Part shown: one piece after another, positions 1-9,100 of the stretch
Layout: the number at the start of each line of letters is the position of its first letter
Position numbering within the stretch: position 1 is the stretch's first letter
Translations under genes and position numbers: made by a program
The notes under the pieces: generated by a model
What the model was told of the DNA's origin: nothing
The model's database searches: none
What the model saw: the letters and a program-made list of their open reading frames with translations, nothing else
Origin: Mycobacterium tuberculosis H37Rv
GTDB taxonomy: Bacteria; Actinomycetota; Actinomycetes; Mycobacteriales; Mycobacteriaceae
Direction: 5' to 3'
Length of the DNA: 32,000 nt
Assembly (NCBI RefSeq): GCF_000195955.2
Contig: NC_000962.3
Span: 360,001 to 392,000, forward strand

Positions 1-1155
1 GGGATCGGCGCGTAGATCGTAGAGTTCCCGCTGCGGGCGGGGCGCCTTGACCAACGGTGCGACGGCCATGCCGGCCGGGCTTTCCTGGATATCCCACGGT
101 AGGTCCAGCAGCGGCCGGGGCGCGTAATTCTCGATGTAGCTGTATTCCTTGGTGCGGATTGCCCGAATCGGATCGAACGAGTCGTGATAGGTCTTGGCGG
201 TGTATACGTGGTCACGCACCGCAGCGTTTTCAGTGTCCGGCGCGAGGAGGGCCGGTGCGTGTGACACACCCTCGACATCGGCGGGTACCTCGAGTCTCAG
301 CAGGTCCAATAGCGTCGGAACCAGATCGACGCCGCTGAAAAGCTCGTCATAGACGCGAGGCGCCATCGCCCGGCGAGTGGGCGGGCGGATGATCAGCGCG
401 ATACCGGTTCCGGCGTCATACAGTGTGGACTTCGCCCGCGGAAATGCCGGACCGTGATCGGTGACGAACACCACCCAGGTGCTGGCGTCTAGGCCGGTAT
501 CGGCCAGTGTGTCAAGTAGCCGGCCAACCGCCTCGTCGGCTGTGGCGATAGAACCGTAGAACTCGGCGACGTCTTGGCGCACCTCGGGGGTATCGGGCAG
601 ATAGTCGGGCAGCTCGACGGCCGCGCTGTCGGCCGGCCGGTAGCGCTCATGCGGATAGGGCCGGTGGGTTTCGAAGAAGCCGGCGGTCAACAGGAACCGT
701 TGTCCGTCTAACGCGGGCACGCGATTATGCAGCCAGTCCTGGGCTTTGGCGACCACGTATTCGCAGTAGGAGTTCGACACGTCGAATTCGTCGAAGCCCA
801 GCCGCTTTGGGTAGGACGTCTCATGCTGCATACCGAAAAGAGCTGAGTACCAACCCGATTCGGATAGCAATTGCGGTAGGGTTTGGACCCCGGTGCGGTA
901 TTCCCAGCCGTGATGGGCCAGGCCGACCAACCCGTTGCTTTGCGGGTAGCGGCCGGTGAACAGCGAGCCCCGCGATGGTGTGCACAGCGGCGCGGTGGCA
1001 TGTGCCCTGGTGAACAGGATGCCCTCGGCGGCAAGCCGGTCCAGCCGCGGGCTGTAGACGTCCGGATGGTGGTAGACGCCGAGATAGCGCCCCAGGTCGT
1101 GCCAGTGCACGATCAGCAGGTTCTCGCGCTGCCCTGTGGCACGCTCACTCGTCAC
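1..1155 (-). CDS. Sulfatase / alkaline-phosphatase superfamily protein (3' end truncated by window edge; Rv0296c-like)
   Basis: Reverse-strand reading from GTG at 1155 is open to the window edge: [29 protein letters not shown]... with the sulfatase signature [16 protein letters not shown] (Cys codon region 970-984) and [13 protein letters not shown]. Absent from the ORF track, probably because it has no stop inside the window. An in-frame GTG at 1164 is an alternative start. Confidence 0.9.
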   Translation of the reverse strand, partial: MTSERATGQRENLLIVHWHDLGRYLGVYHHPDVYSPRLDRLAAEGILFTRAHATAPLCTPSRGSLFTGRYPQSNGLVGLAHHGWEYRTGVQTLPQLLSESGWYSALFGMQHETSYPKRLGFDEFDVSNSYCEYVVAKAQDWLHNRVPALDGQRFLLTAGFFETHRPYPHERYRPADSAAVELPDYLPDTPEVRQDVAEFYGSIATADEAVGRLLDTLADTGLDASTWVVFVTDHGPAFPRAKSTLYDAGTGIALIIRPPTRRAMAPRVYDELFSGVDLVPTLLDLLRLEVPADVEGVSHAPALLAPDTENAAVRDHVYTAKTYHDSFDPIRAIRTKEYSYIENYAPRPLLDLPWDIQESPAGMAVAPLVKAPRPQRELYDLRADP

Positions 1156-1333
1156 CTTTGTCACCTCTCCAGCGAACCGCACCCGGCGCCGAAGCCGGAC
1201 AATAGAGCCTATACGTCGCGAGGCACTAGATACGCCACCGATGATGGCGGTAGGCTCGCTGATTGAATCGCGGCGACGGCGTAGGCGTGTTGTGTCTTGG
1301 CGTCCAGGAGTCACGAGTCGACGGGAGGTTCCC

Positions 1334-3109
1334 GTGTCCTTTGTGATCGCACAACCGGAGATGATCGCGGCGGCGGCCGGTGAGTTGGCCAGCATCAGAT
1401 CGGCGATCAACGCGGCCAATGCGGCGGCCGCGGCCCAGACCACCGGAGTCATGTCGGCGGCCGCCGACGAGGTGTCTACGGCGGTTGCCGCGCTGTTTTC
1501 CTCGCATGCCCAGGCCTATCAGGCCGCCAGCGCGCAAGCGGCCGCCTTTCACGCCCAGGTGGTGCGGACCCTGACCGTGGACGCGGGAGCGTATGCCAGC
1601 GCCGAGGCCGCCAACGCCGGGCCGAACATGCTGGCCGCGGTCAACGCCCCCGCCCAGGCGCTGTTGGGGCGCCCACTGATCGGCAACGGTGCCAACGGGG
1701 CGCCGGGCACCGGGCAGGCCGGCGGCGACGGTGGGCTGTTGTTCGGCAACGGCGGCAACGGCGGGTCCGGCGCACCCGGACAGGCCGGCGGGGCCGGCGG
1801 GGCGGCCGGGTTCTTCGGCAACGGTGGCAACGGCGGGGACGGCGGGGCCGGAGCGAACGGCGGCGCCGGCGGCACCGCCGGCTGGTTCTTCGGCTTCGGC
1901 GGCAACGGCGGGGCCGGCGGGATCGGTGTTGCCGGCATCAACGGCGGTCTCGGCGGCGCCGGCGGCGACGGCGGCAACGCCGGGTTCTTCGGCAACGGCG
2001 GCAACGGCGGCATGGGCGGGGCCGGGGCGGCCGGCGTGAACGCCGTCAATCCCGGCCTGGCCACCCCGGTCACCCCGGCGGCCAACGGCGGCAACGGCCT
2101 CAACCTCGTCGGCGTTCCCGGCACCGCCGGTGGCGGCGCCGATGGCGCCAACGGCAGTGCCATTGGCCAGGCGGGCGGCGCTGGCGGTGACGGCGGCAAC
2201 GCCTCCACGAGTGGGGGCATCGGGATCGCGCAAACCGGGGGCGCCGGCGGCGCTGGCGGTGCCGGCGGCGACGGCGCACCCGGTGGCAACGGCGGCAATG
2301 GTGGCAGCGTCGAGCACACTGGCGCTACCGGCTCCTCTGCGAGCGGCGGCAATGGTGCCACCGGCGGGAACGGCGGGGTCGGTGCGCCCGGCGGTGCCGG
2401 CGGCAACGGCGGCCACGTCAGCGGCGGATCGGTCAACACAGCCGGCGCCGGTGGCAAAGGCGGCAACGGCGGCACCGGCGGCGCCGGCGGCCCGGGCGGC
2501 CACGGCGGCAGCGTTCTATCCGGCCCGGTTGGCGACAGTGGCAACGGTGGTGCCGGCGGGGACGGCGGGGCCGGGGTTAGCGCCACCGATATCGCCGGCA
2601 CCGGCGGGCGCGGCGGCAACGGTGGTCATGGCGGGCTGTGGATCGGCAACGGCGGCGACGGTGGTGCGGGCGGTGTCGGCGGTGTCGGCGGGGCCGGTGC
2701 GGCTGGCGCGATCGGCGGCCACGGCGGCGATGGCGGCTCCGTAAATACCCCTATTGGCGGCAGCGAGGCCGGTGACGGCGGTAAGGGCGGCCTGGGCGGG
2801 GACGGCGGTGGGCGCGGGATATTCGGCCAGTTTGGGGCCGGCGGGGCCGGTGGTGCCGGAGGCGTCGGCGGCGCCGGCGGGGCTGGCGGGACCGGCGGCG
2901 GCGGCGGCAACGGTGGGGCCATTTTCAATGCCGGTACCCCCGGCGCCGCCGGCACGGGCGGTGACGGCGGTGTTGGCGGGACCGGTGCGGCCGGCGGGAA
3001 AGGCGGGGCCGGCGGTAGCGGCGGCGTCAACGGCGCCACCGGCGCCGACGGCGCCAAGGGCCTCGACGGTGCCACCGGCGGCAAAGGCAACAACGGCAAC
3101 CCCGGCTGA
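1334..3109 (+). CDS. PE_PGRS5: PE_PGRS family protein (Rv0297, PE_PGRS5-like, 591 aa from GTG 1334)
   Basis: N-terminal PE domain [48 protein letters not shown]... followed by GGxGG-rich PGRS repeats. The GTG at 1334 is in frame with the 1136-3109 ORF and begins the PE domain. Confidence 0.93.
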   Translation: MSFVIAQPEMIAAAAGELASIRSAINAANAAAAAQTTGVMSAAADEVSTAVAALFSSHAQAYQAASAQAAAFHAQVVRTLTVDAGAYASAEAANAGPNMLAAVNAPAQALLGRPLIGNGANGAPGTGQAGGDGGLLFGNGGNGGSGAPGQAGGAGGAAGFFGNGGNGGDGGAGANGGAGGTAGWFFGFGGNGGAGGIGVAGINGGLGGAGGDGGNAGFFGNGGNGGMGGAGAAGVNAVNPGLATPVTPAANGGNGLNLVGVPGTAGGGADGANGSAIGQAGGAGGDGGNASTSGGIGIAQTGGAGGAGGAGGDGAPGGNGGNGGSVEHTGATGSSASGGNGATGGNGGVGAPGGAGGNGGHVSGGSVNTAGAGGKGGNGGTGGAGGPGGHGGSVLSGPVGDSGNGGAGGDGGAGVSATDIAGTGGRGGNGGHGGLWIGNGGDGGAGGVGGVGGAGAAGAIGGHGGDGGSVNTPIGGSEAGDGGKGGLGGDGGGRGIFGQFGAGGAGGAGGVGGAGGAGGTGGGGGNGGAIFNAGTPGAAGTGGDGGVGGTGAAGGKGGAGGSGGVNGATGADGAKGLDGATGGKGNNGNPG

Positions 3110-3227
3110 GTCCGGATTCACCGAGTCTGTAGATACCGTGGTCCGCATTCGCAGTTTTGTGCGCCAACTACAGCCTCGATGACACGACCGCGGCGAATCC
3201 CGTTTCCCGGGTGCGGCGACACCGCGT

Positions 3228-3242
3228 CCTACGATTAGTAGG
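3228..3242. promoter_or_regulatory. Small inverted repeat CCTAC-gatta-GTAGG just upstream of the first TA module; candidate operator
   Basis: Perfect 5-bp arms separated by 5 bp, ending 9 bp before the ATG at 3252. Short enough that chance cannot be excluded. Confidence 0.3.
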
Positions 3243-3251
3243 ATCTCTGGT

Positions 3252-3479
3252 ATGACGAAAGAGAAGATCTCCGTGACGGTGGACGCGGCCGTCCTCGCGG
3301 CGATCGACGCGGACGCCAGGGCGGCGGGTTTGAATCGGTCGGAAATGATTGAGCAGGCACTGCGCAACGAGCACCTGCGTGTCGCTCTGCGCGATTACAC
3401 GGCTAAAACCGTACCGGCGTTGGACATCGATGCCTACGCACAGCGGGTGTACCAGGCGAACCGGGCGGCCGGAAGTTGA
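3252..3479 (+). CDS. Antitoxin of a type II TA module (Rv0298-like, 75 aa, ribbon-helix-helix-like)
   Basis: MTKEKISVTVDAAVLAAIDADARAAGLNRSEMIEQALRNEHL... is a typical RHH antitoxin N-terminus. Stop TGA 3477-3479 overlaps the next gene's start. Confidence 0.85.
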   Translation: MTKEKISVTVDAAVLAAIDADARAAGLNRSEMIEQALRNEHLRVALRDYTAKTVPALDIDAYAQRVYQANRAAGS

Positions 3480-3778
3480 TCGCTCCCGGCGACATCGCGC
3501 CGCGCCGCGACAGTGAACACGAGCTCTACGTCGCCGTCTTGTCCAACGCGCTCCATCGGGCCGCGGACACCGGACGGGTGATCACCTGCCCATTCATTCC
3601 GGGCCGGGTCCCCGAGGATCTCTTGGCGATGGTGGTGGCGGTCGAGCAACCCAACGGCACGCTGCTGCCGGAACTCGTGCAGTGGCTTCATGTTGCCGCG
3701 CTCGGTGCGCCACTCGGCAACGCGGGCGTGGCCGCCCTACGCGAGGCTGCCTCGGTCGTGACAGCTCTGCTCTGTTAG
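3476..3778 (+). CDS. Toxin of a type II TA module (Rv0299-like, 100 aa, possibly MazF/CcdB-like fold)
   Basis: TTG start at 3476 overlaps the upstream TGA (TTGA), suggesting translational coupling. Small protein with ELYVAVLSNALHRAADTGRVITCPF. Confidence 0.75.
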   Translation: MIAPGDIAPRRDSEHELYVAVLSNALHRAADTGRVITCPFIPGRVPEDLLAMVVAVEQPNGTLLPELVQWLHVAALGAPLGNAGVAALREAASVVTALLC

Positions 3779-3800
3779 CCCTGTCACCGGCGAAGATACC

Positions 3801-3818
3801 TGATATCGCCAGATATCA
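3801..3818. promoter_or_regulatory. Perfect inverted repeat TGATATC-gcca-GATATCA upstream of vapB2; candidate autoregulatory operator
   Basis: 7-bp perfect arms with a 4-bp spacer, 7 bp before the ATG at 3826. AT-rich in a very GC-rich context. Confidence 0.6.
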
Positions 3819-3825
3819 TCGGAAG

Positions 3826-4047
3826 ATGAGTGATGTACTGATTCGGGACATCCCCGACGACGTGTTAGCAAGCCTTGACGCGATCGCGGCACGCTTGGGC
3901 TTGTCGCGGACCGAATACATCCGTCGGCGTTTAGCCCAGGATGCGCAGACGGCTCGCGTCACCGTGACAGCCGCGGATCTTCGACGCCTCAGGGGTGCGG
4001 TTGCCGGTCTGGGCGATCCCGAGCTTATGCGTCAGGCGTGGAGGTGA
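3826..4047 (+). CDS. vapB2: Antitoxin VapB2 (Rv0300-like, 73 aa)
   Basis: [41 protein letters not shown]... is a FitA/VapB RHH protein paired with a PIN-domain gene. Confidence 0.92.
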
Positions 4048-4469
4048 CTGACCAGCGCTGGCTGATCGACAAGTCGGCGCTGGTGCGGCTCACGGACAGC
4101 CCTGACATGGAAATCTGGTCGAACCGGATCGAACGCGGCCTGGTACACATCACGGGCGTGACACGCTTGGAAGTAGGGTTCTCGGCCGAATGCGGGGAGA
4201 TAGCGCGACGGGAGTTTCGTGAACCGCCGCTGTCTGCGATGCCCGTGGAATACCTAACCCCGAGAATTGAAGACCGTGCGCTCGAGGTGCAGACCTTGCT
4301 TGCCGACCGCGGACACCACCGTGGCCCGTCGATCCCGGATCTGCTCATCGCCGCGACAGCCGAACTGTCGGGCTTGACGGTACTGCACGTCGACAAGGAC
4401 TTTGACGCCATCGCCGCGCTTACCGGTCAGAAAACAGAACGGCTCACGCATCGCCCGCCTTCCGCTTAA
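4044..4469 (+). CDS. vapC2: PIN-domain ribonuclease toxin VapC2 (Rv0301-like, 141 aa)
   Basis: [16 protein letters not shown]...[14 protein letters not shown]...[29 protein letters not shown] carries the PIN-domain acidic pattern (D9/E/D/D). GTG 4044 overlaps vapB2 stop TGA 4045-4047. Confidence 0.93.
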
Positions 4470-4509
4470 GGAGCCCGACCAACCCTTGTGATTGGCGTGG
4501 GGGGGCGCT

Positions 4510-4530
4510 AACGTAACTGTCTGTAACGTT
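4510..4530. promoter_or_regulatory. Imperfect palindrome AACGTAACTGTCTGTAACGTT; candidate operator of the TetR gene
   Basis: Reverse complement is AACGTTACAGACAGTTACGTT. 8 of 10 base pairs match across the dyad, located 74 bp upstream of the GTG at 4605. Confidence 0.5.
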
Positions 4531-4604
4531 CGATACAGAACTGGCGCCGGGGTGCGGCCGCGACTCTACGAGCCGAGACAAGCCGGCGCAAGGATGGCGC
4601 ACCA

Positions 4605-5237
4605 GTGGGCGTTCCCGCCAAGAAAAAACAGCAGCAGGGGGAGAGGTCACGAGAATCGATTCTCGACGCGACCGAACGCCTGATGGCGACCAAGGGCTAC
4701 GCGGCGACCTCGATCAGCGACATCCGCGACGCGTGCGGGCTAGCACCCAGCTCTATTTACTGGCACTTCGGCTCCAAAGAGGGCGTGCTGGCCGCCATGA
4801 TGGAGCGCGGCGCGCAGCGCTTCTTTGCCGCGATACCCACCTGGGATGAGGCCCATGGGCCCGTCGAGCAGCGATCCGAGCGCCAGCTGACCGAGCTGGT
4901 GAGCCTGCAGTCGCAGCATCCGGACTTCCTGCGCCTGTTCTACCTGCTGTCGATGGAACGAAGTCAGGATCCGGCGGTTGCCGCGGTGGTGCGCCGGGTC
5001 CGCAACACCGCGATCGCCCGATTTCGTGACAGCATCACGCACCTGCTGCCATCGGACATCCCGCCGGGCAAAGCCGATCTCGTCGTCGCGGAGCTGACCG
5101 CGTTCGCGGTTGCGCTGTCGGACGGCGTCTATTTCGCCGGCCACCTTGAACCGGACACGACCGACGTCGAGCGCATGTACCGGCGGCTGCGGCAAGCGCT
5201 CGAGGCCCTGATTCCCGTCCTCCTGGAGGAGACATGA
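4605..5237 (+). CDS. TetR/AcrR-family transcriptional regulator (Rv0302-like, 210 aa)
   Basis: RSRESILDATERLMATKGYAATSISDIRDACGLAPSSIYWHFGSKEGVLAAMM is a canonical TetR helix-turn-helix. Confidence 0.95.
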   Translation: MGVPAKKKQQQGERSRESILDATERLMATKGYAATSISDIRDACGLAPSSIYWHFGSKEGVLAAMMERGAQRFFAAIPTWDEAHGPVEQRSERQLTELVSLQSQHPDFLRLFYLLSMERSQDPAVAAVVRRVRNTAIARFRDSITHLLPSDIPPGKADLVVAELTAFAVALSDGVYFAGHLEPDTTDVERMYRRLRQALEALIPVLLEET

Positions 5238-6142
5238 ACACCGGAACCGCCGTCATCACCGGGGCCAGCTCCGGCCTCGGGTTGCAGTGCGCCCGCGCCC
5301 TGCTACGTCGCGACGCATCGTGGCATGTGGTGTTGGCGGTGCGCGACCCGGCGCGCGGCCGTGCGGCCATGGAGGAATTGGGGGAGCCAAACCGGTGTTC
5401 GGTTCTCGAGGTGGACCTCGCGTCGGTGCGGTCCGTGCGCAGTTTCGTGGAAACCGTGCGGACCACGCCGCTGCCGCCGATTCGTGCCCTGGTGTGCAAT
5501 GCCGGCCTGCAGGTGGTGTCGGGCATCGCGTTCACCGACGACGGTGTCGAGATGACGTTCGGGGTAAACCACTTGGGTCACTTTGCTTTAGTGACCGGGA
5601 TTCTCGACTGGTTGGCCCGTCCGGCGCGCATCGTTGTCGTCAGCAGCGGCACGCACGACCCGAGCAAGCACACCGGAATGCCCGACCCTCGGTATACCTG
5701 CGCCGCCGACCTCGCGCACCCGCCCACCGATCAGAACACGCCGGCCGAAGGCCGCCGTCGATACACCACGTCCAAGCTGTGCAACGTGCTCTTCACCTAC
5801 GAGCTCGACCGCCGCCTCGATCACGGAGAACAGGGCGTGATGGTCAACGCGTTCGACCCCGGCCTAATGCCGGGCTCCGGCTTGGCCCGCGACTATCCGC
5901 CGATCCTGCGACTGGCGTACCGTCTCCTGTCGCCGATGCTGCGCGTCCTTCCCTTCGTTCACAGCACCCGGGTCTCCGGCGAACACCTGGCGGCGCTGGC
6001 GGTCGATCCGCGGTTCGCGGGCGTGACGGGCCAATATTTCGCGGGCGCCAAGGCGATCCGGTCTTCCGCCGAGTCCTACGATCGGGCAAAGGCGCTCGAC
6101 CTCTGGGAGACCAGTGAACGGCTGCTGGCCCAGGTGACATAG
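5234..6142 (+). CDS. Short-chain dehydrogenase/reductase (Rv0303-like, protochlorophyllide-reductase-related, 302 aa)
   Basis: TAVITGASSGLGLQCARALL (Rossmann TGxxxGxG), CNAG (VCNAGLQ), YTTSKLCN (YxxxK). ATG overlaps the TetR stop (ATGA), implying co-transcription. Confidence 0.94.
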   Translation: MNTGTAVITGASSGLGLQCARALLRRDASWHVVLAVRDPARGRAAMEELGEPNRCSVLEVDLASVRSVRSFVETVRTTPLPPIRALVCNAGLQVVSGIAFTDDGVEMTFGVNHLGHFALVTGILDWLARPARIVVVSSGTHDPSKHTGMPDPRYTCAADLAHPPTDQNTPAEGRRRYTTSKLCNVLFTYELDRRLDHGEQGVMVNAFDPGLMPGSGLARDYPPILRLAYRLLSPMLRVLPFVHSTRVSGEHLAALAVDPRFAGVTGQYFAGAKAIRSSAESYDRAKALDLWETSERLLAQVT

Positions 6143-6149
6143 CTGCGCG

Positions 6150-9100
6150 TTATCCCCTAAAGAAACCCGCCAGGTTGGTGCCAAAGTTACCGATGCCGGA
6201 AAGGAACCCCGGCGTCGCGAGATCCAGCGCGCTGGCGTTCAACCAGCCCGAGATGGTGTTGCCCACGTTGGCGACACCCGATCCCAGCGCGCCGGTATTG
6301 AGGTAGCCCGACAGGCCGGCACCGGAGTTCACGAATCCCGATACGCTTCCGGCGCCGCTGTTGAAGAAGCCCGACGACGGGCCGCCAGTGAGGTTGAAGT
6401 AGCCGGGGGTCACCGGAATGCCCAACAGCGGCAGGCCGATCAGGCCCTGATAGTCGCCACTCACCAAGAAGCCGTTGCTGTAGCTGCCGGTAATGAACGC
6501 ACCGGTGTCCACATCGCCCGTGTTCGCCACGCCCGTGTTGTAGTCACCGGTGTTGAGGTAGCCCGTGTTGCCACTGCCCGGGTTGAAGCCGCCGGTGTTG
6601 AAGCTGCCCGGGTTGAAGCTGCCGGTGTTGAGGTCCCCGGGGTTGAACACGCCCGTGTTGGTGCTGCCCGCGTTGCCGATGCCGGTGTTGAAGCCGCCCG
6701 AGTTCGCGAGACCGAAGTTGCCGGTGCCGGTGTTAAAGATGCCGACGTTGCCGGTGCCCGAGTTGAAGAACCCGATGTTTCCGCTGCCGGAGTTGAACAG
6801 CCCGATGTTGTTGCTGCCCGAGTTGAGGCTGCCGATCCCGATCTGGCCGTTGCCGGTGAGCCCGACGCCGATGTTGTTGTTACCGGTATTCGCGAAGCCG
6901 ATGTTGTAGCTGCCGGTGTTGGCAAAGCCCAGGTTGTCGCTGCCGAAGTTCGCGAAGCCGATGTTGTAGCTGCCGGCGTTGCCAAAGCCCAGGTTGTCGT
7001 CGCCCAGATTTGCCAACCCGATGTTGTAGCTGCCCAGGTTCGCCAAGCCGATATCGAAGATCCCGGTGTTGGCGATGCCGATGTTGTTACCGCCGATGTT
7101 GACCCCGCCGAAGTTGAGGTCGCCGAGGTTGCCGATGCCCAGGTTGGAGTCGCCGGTATTAACGAAGCCGATGTTGACGCTGCCCAGGTTCCCGATGCCC
7201 GCGTTGAGGCCGCCCTGGTTTGCGACGCCGAAGTTCAGCGTCAGGTTGCCGGTGTTGTCGAGGAACAGGCCGGCCAGGTTGGCGCCGATGTTTGCGATGC
7301 CCGAGCCGAAGGCGGGCGTCGCGAGGTCCAGCGTGCTCGTGTTGTAGACGCCCGAGATGGTGTTGCCCAGGTTCGCCAGACCCGACTGCAGCGCGCCGAA
7401 ATTCAGTAGGCCCGAATTGCCCAAGCCGCCGGCGTTAAAGAAGCCCGAATTGCCAGCGCCGAAGTTCCCGGAGCCCGACATGTTGCCGGCGCCGAAGTTC
7501 CCGAAGCCCGATACATGGCCGGCGCCGGTGTGGAAGAAACCCGACGACGGGCCGGTGGTCGAGTTGCCGAAACCCGGGGTACCACCGATGCTGATGCCGA
7601 TGGGGATCGGGCCGAAGCCGCCGGTGCCAACCATGCTGATGGTTTGCTGAATGGGCGAATCGATGGCGATGACTTGATTGACATCGATCGTGATGGGGCC
7701 GATCATCTCGTTGACAAGCACCGCCGCAGGACCAAGCAAGACTCGTATCTGGAAACCGGGAATGGTGAAACTGTTTGGCGTGGTGGCGACGACGGTGCCG
7801 GTGATGGGTATGTCGATTGGAACACTCAAGTCGTAGCGGTAGGGGATTTCGGGAATGGTGATCGTTGTGGAAAGGCCAATCAACCCCTGGTAGTCACCTC
7901 GCCAGAAGAACCCGTTGCTGTAATTGCCGGAGATGAACGCGCCGGTGTTGACGTTGCCCGTGTTGGCCACACCCGTGTTGTAGTCACCCGCGTTGAAGTA
8001 GCCCGTGTTGTAGTCACCGGAGTTGAAGCTGCCGGTGTTGTGATCGCCGAGGTTGAAGCTGCCGGTATTGGTGCTGCCAGTGTTGAAGCTGCCGGTGTTG
8101 ATGCTGCCGGTGTTGATGCTGCCGGTGTTGCCGACGCCGGTGTTGACGTTGCCCGGGTTGAACAGGCCCGTGTTGGTGCTGCCCGTGTTCCCGAGGCCGG
8201 TGTTGAAGCTGCCCGAGTTTGCGATGCCGAAGTTTGCGGTGCCGGTGTTTCCGATGCCCACGTTGCCGGTGCCCGAGTTGAAGAATCCTACGTTTCCGTC
8301 ACCGGAGTTGAACAAGCCGATGTTGTGGCTGCCCGAGTTGAAGCTGCCGAACCCGATCTGACCGGTGCCGGTGAGCCCGATGCCGATATTGCCGCTACCG
8401 GTGTTGGCGAAGCCGATATTGGCACTGCCGGTGTTAGCAATGCCGATATGGTAGTTGCCCGAGTTGGCGAAGCCGACGCTGTAGTTGCCCAGGTTTGCCA
8501 AGCCAATGTTGTGGTTGCCCACGTTTGCGAAACCGACATTGAAGATTCCGGTGTTCCCGATCCCGAAGTTAGAGCCCCCGAGGTTTGCCAAGCCGACATT
8601 GAGGTTGCCGAGGCCGGCCAAGTCGAGGATCGTCGTGCCGGCGCCGCCCTGCAGCAGGCCGGCGATGTTTGCGAGGCCGGAGCCGAAGGCCGGCGTCCCG
8701 AGGTCCAGCGGGCTCGTGTTGTAGATACCCGAGATGGTGTTGCCCACATTCGCCACACCCGATCCCAACGCGCCGACGTTGAGCAAGCCCGAGACTCCTG
8801 AGGCTGCCGACGCAAGGTTCCACAGGCCCGATGTGTTGCCGCCGACGTTGCCGAACCCGGATGCGGTGCCGGCGCCGGTGTTGAAGAAGCCTGACGACGG
8901 GCTGGTGGTCGAGTTTCCGATGCCCGGCGCTGCCGGAATGTCGATGATCGGGATGGTGATGGGGCCGAGGCCGGCGGTGGCGCTGATGTTGATCGCGGTC
9001 GTGGGTCCGCCCACGGCGATCGCGAACGTGGGAACGCTGAGCACGAAGCTCGGGACAATGATGGGACCGATGTCCGGCTCGGTATGGATGTGAAAGCTAA

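Noticed and set aside
1226-3374. Multiple long ORFs on both strands overlapping the PE_PGRS gene (e.g. 1549-2619 minus, 356 aa Pro-rich; 1226-2503 minus, 425 aa).
   Set aside because: Mirror-image and shifted readings of GGC/GCC-rich repeat codons. Compositions are Pro/Ala/Arg-biased low complexity and only the GTG 1334 frame has a recognisable domain.
3109-4605. Possible mobile element or genomic island carrying the TA modules.
   Set aside because: No transposase, integrase, flanking direct repeats or obvious composition shift was seen.
4254-5195. Minus-strand ORFs (4254-4451, 4740-5195) opposite vapC2 and the TetR gene.
   Set aside because: No recognisable domain or supported start, and they lie fully within well-supported genes on the other strand.
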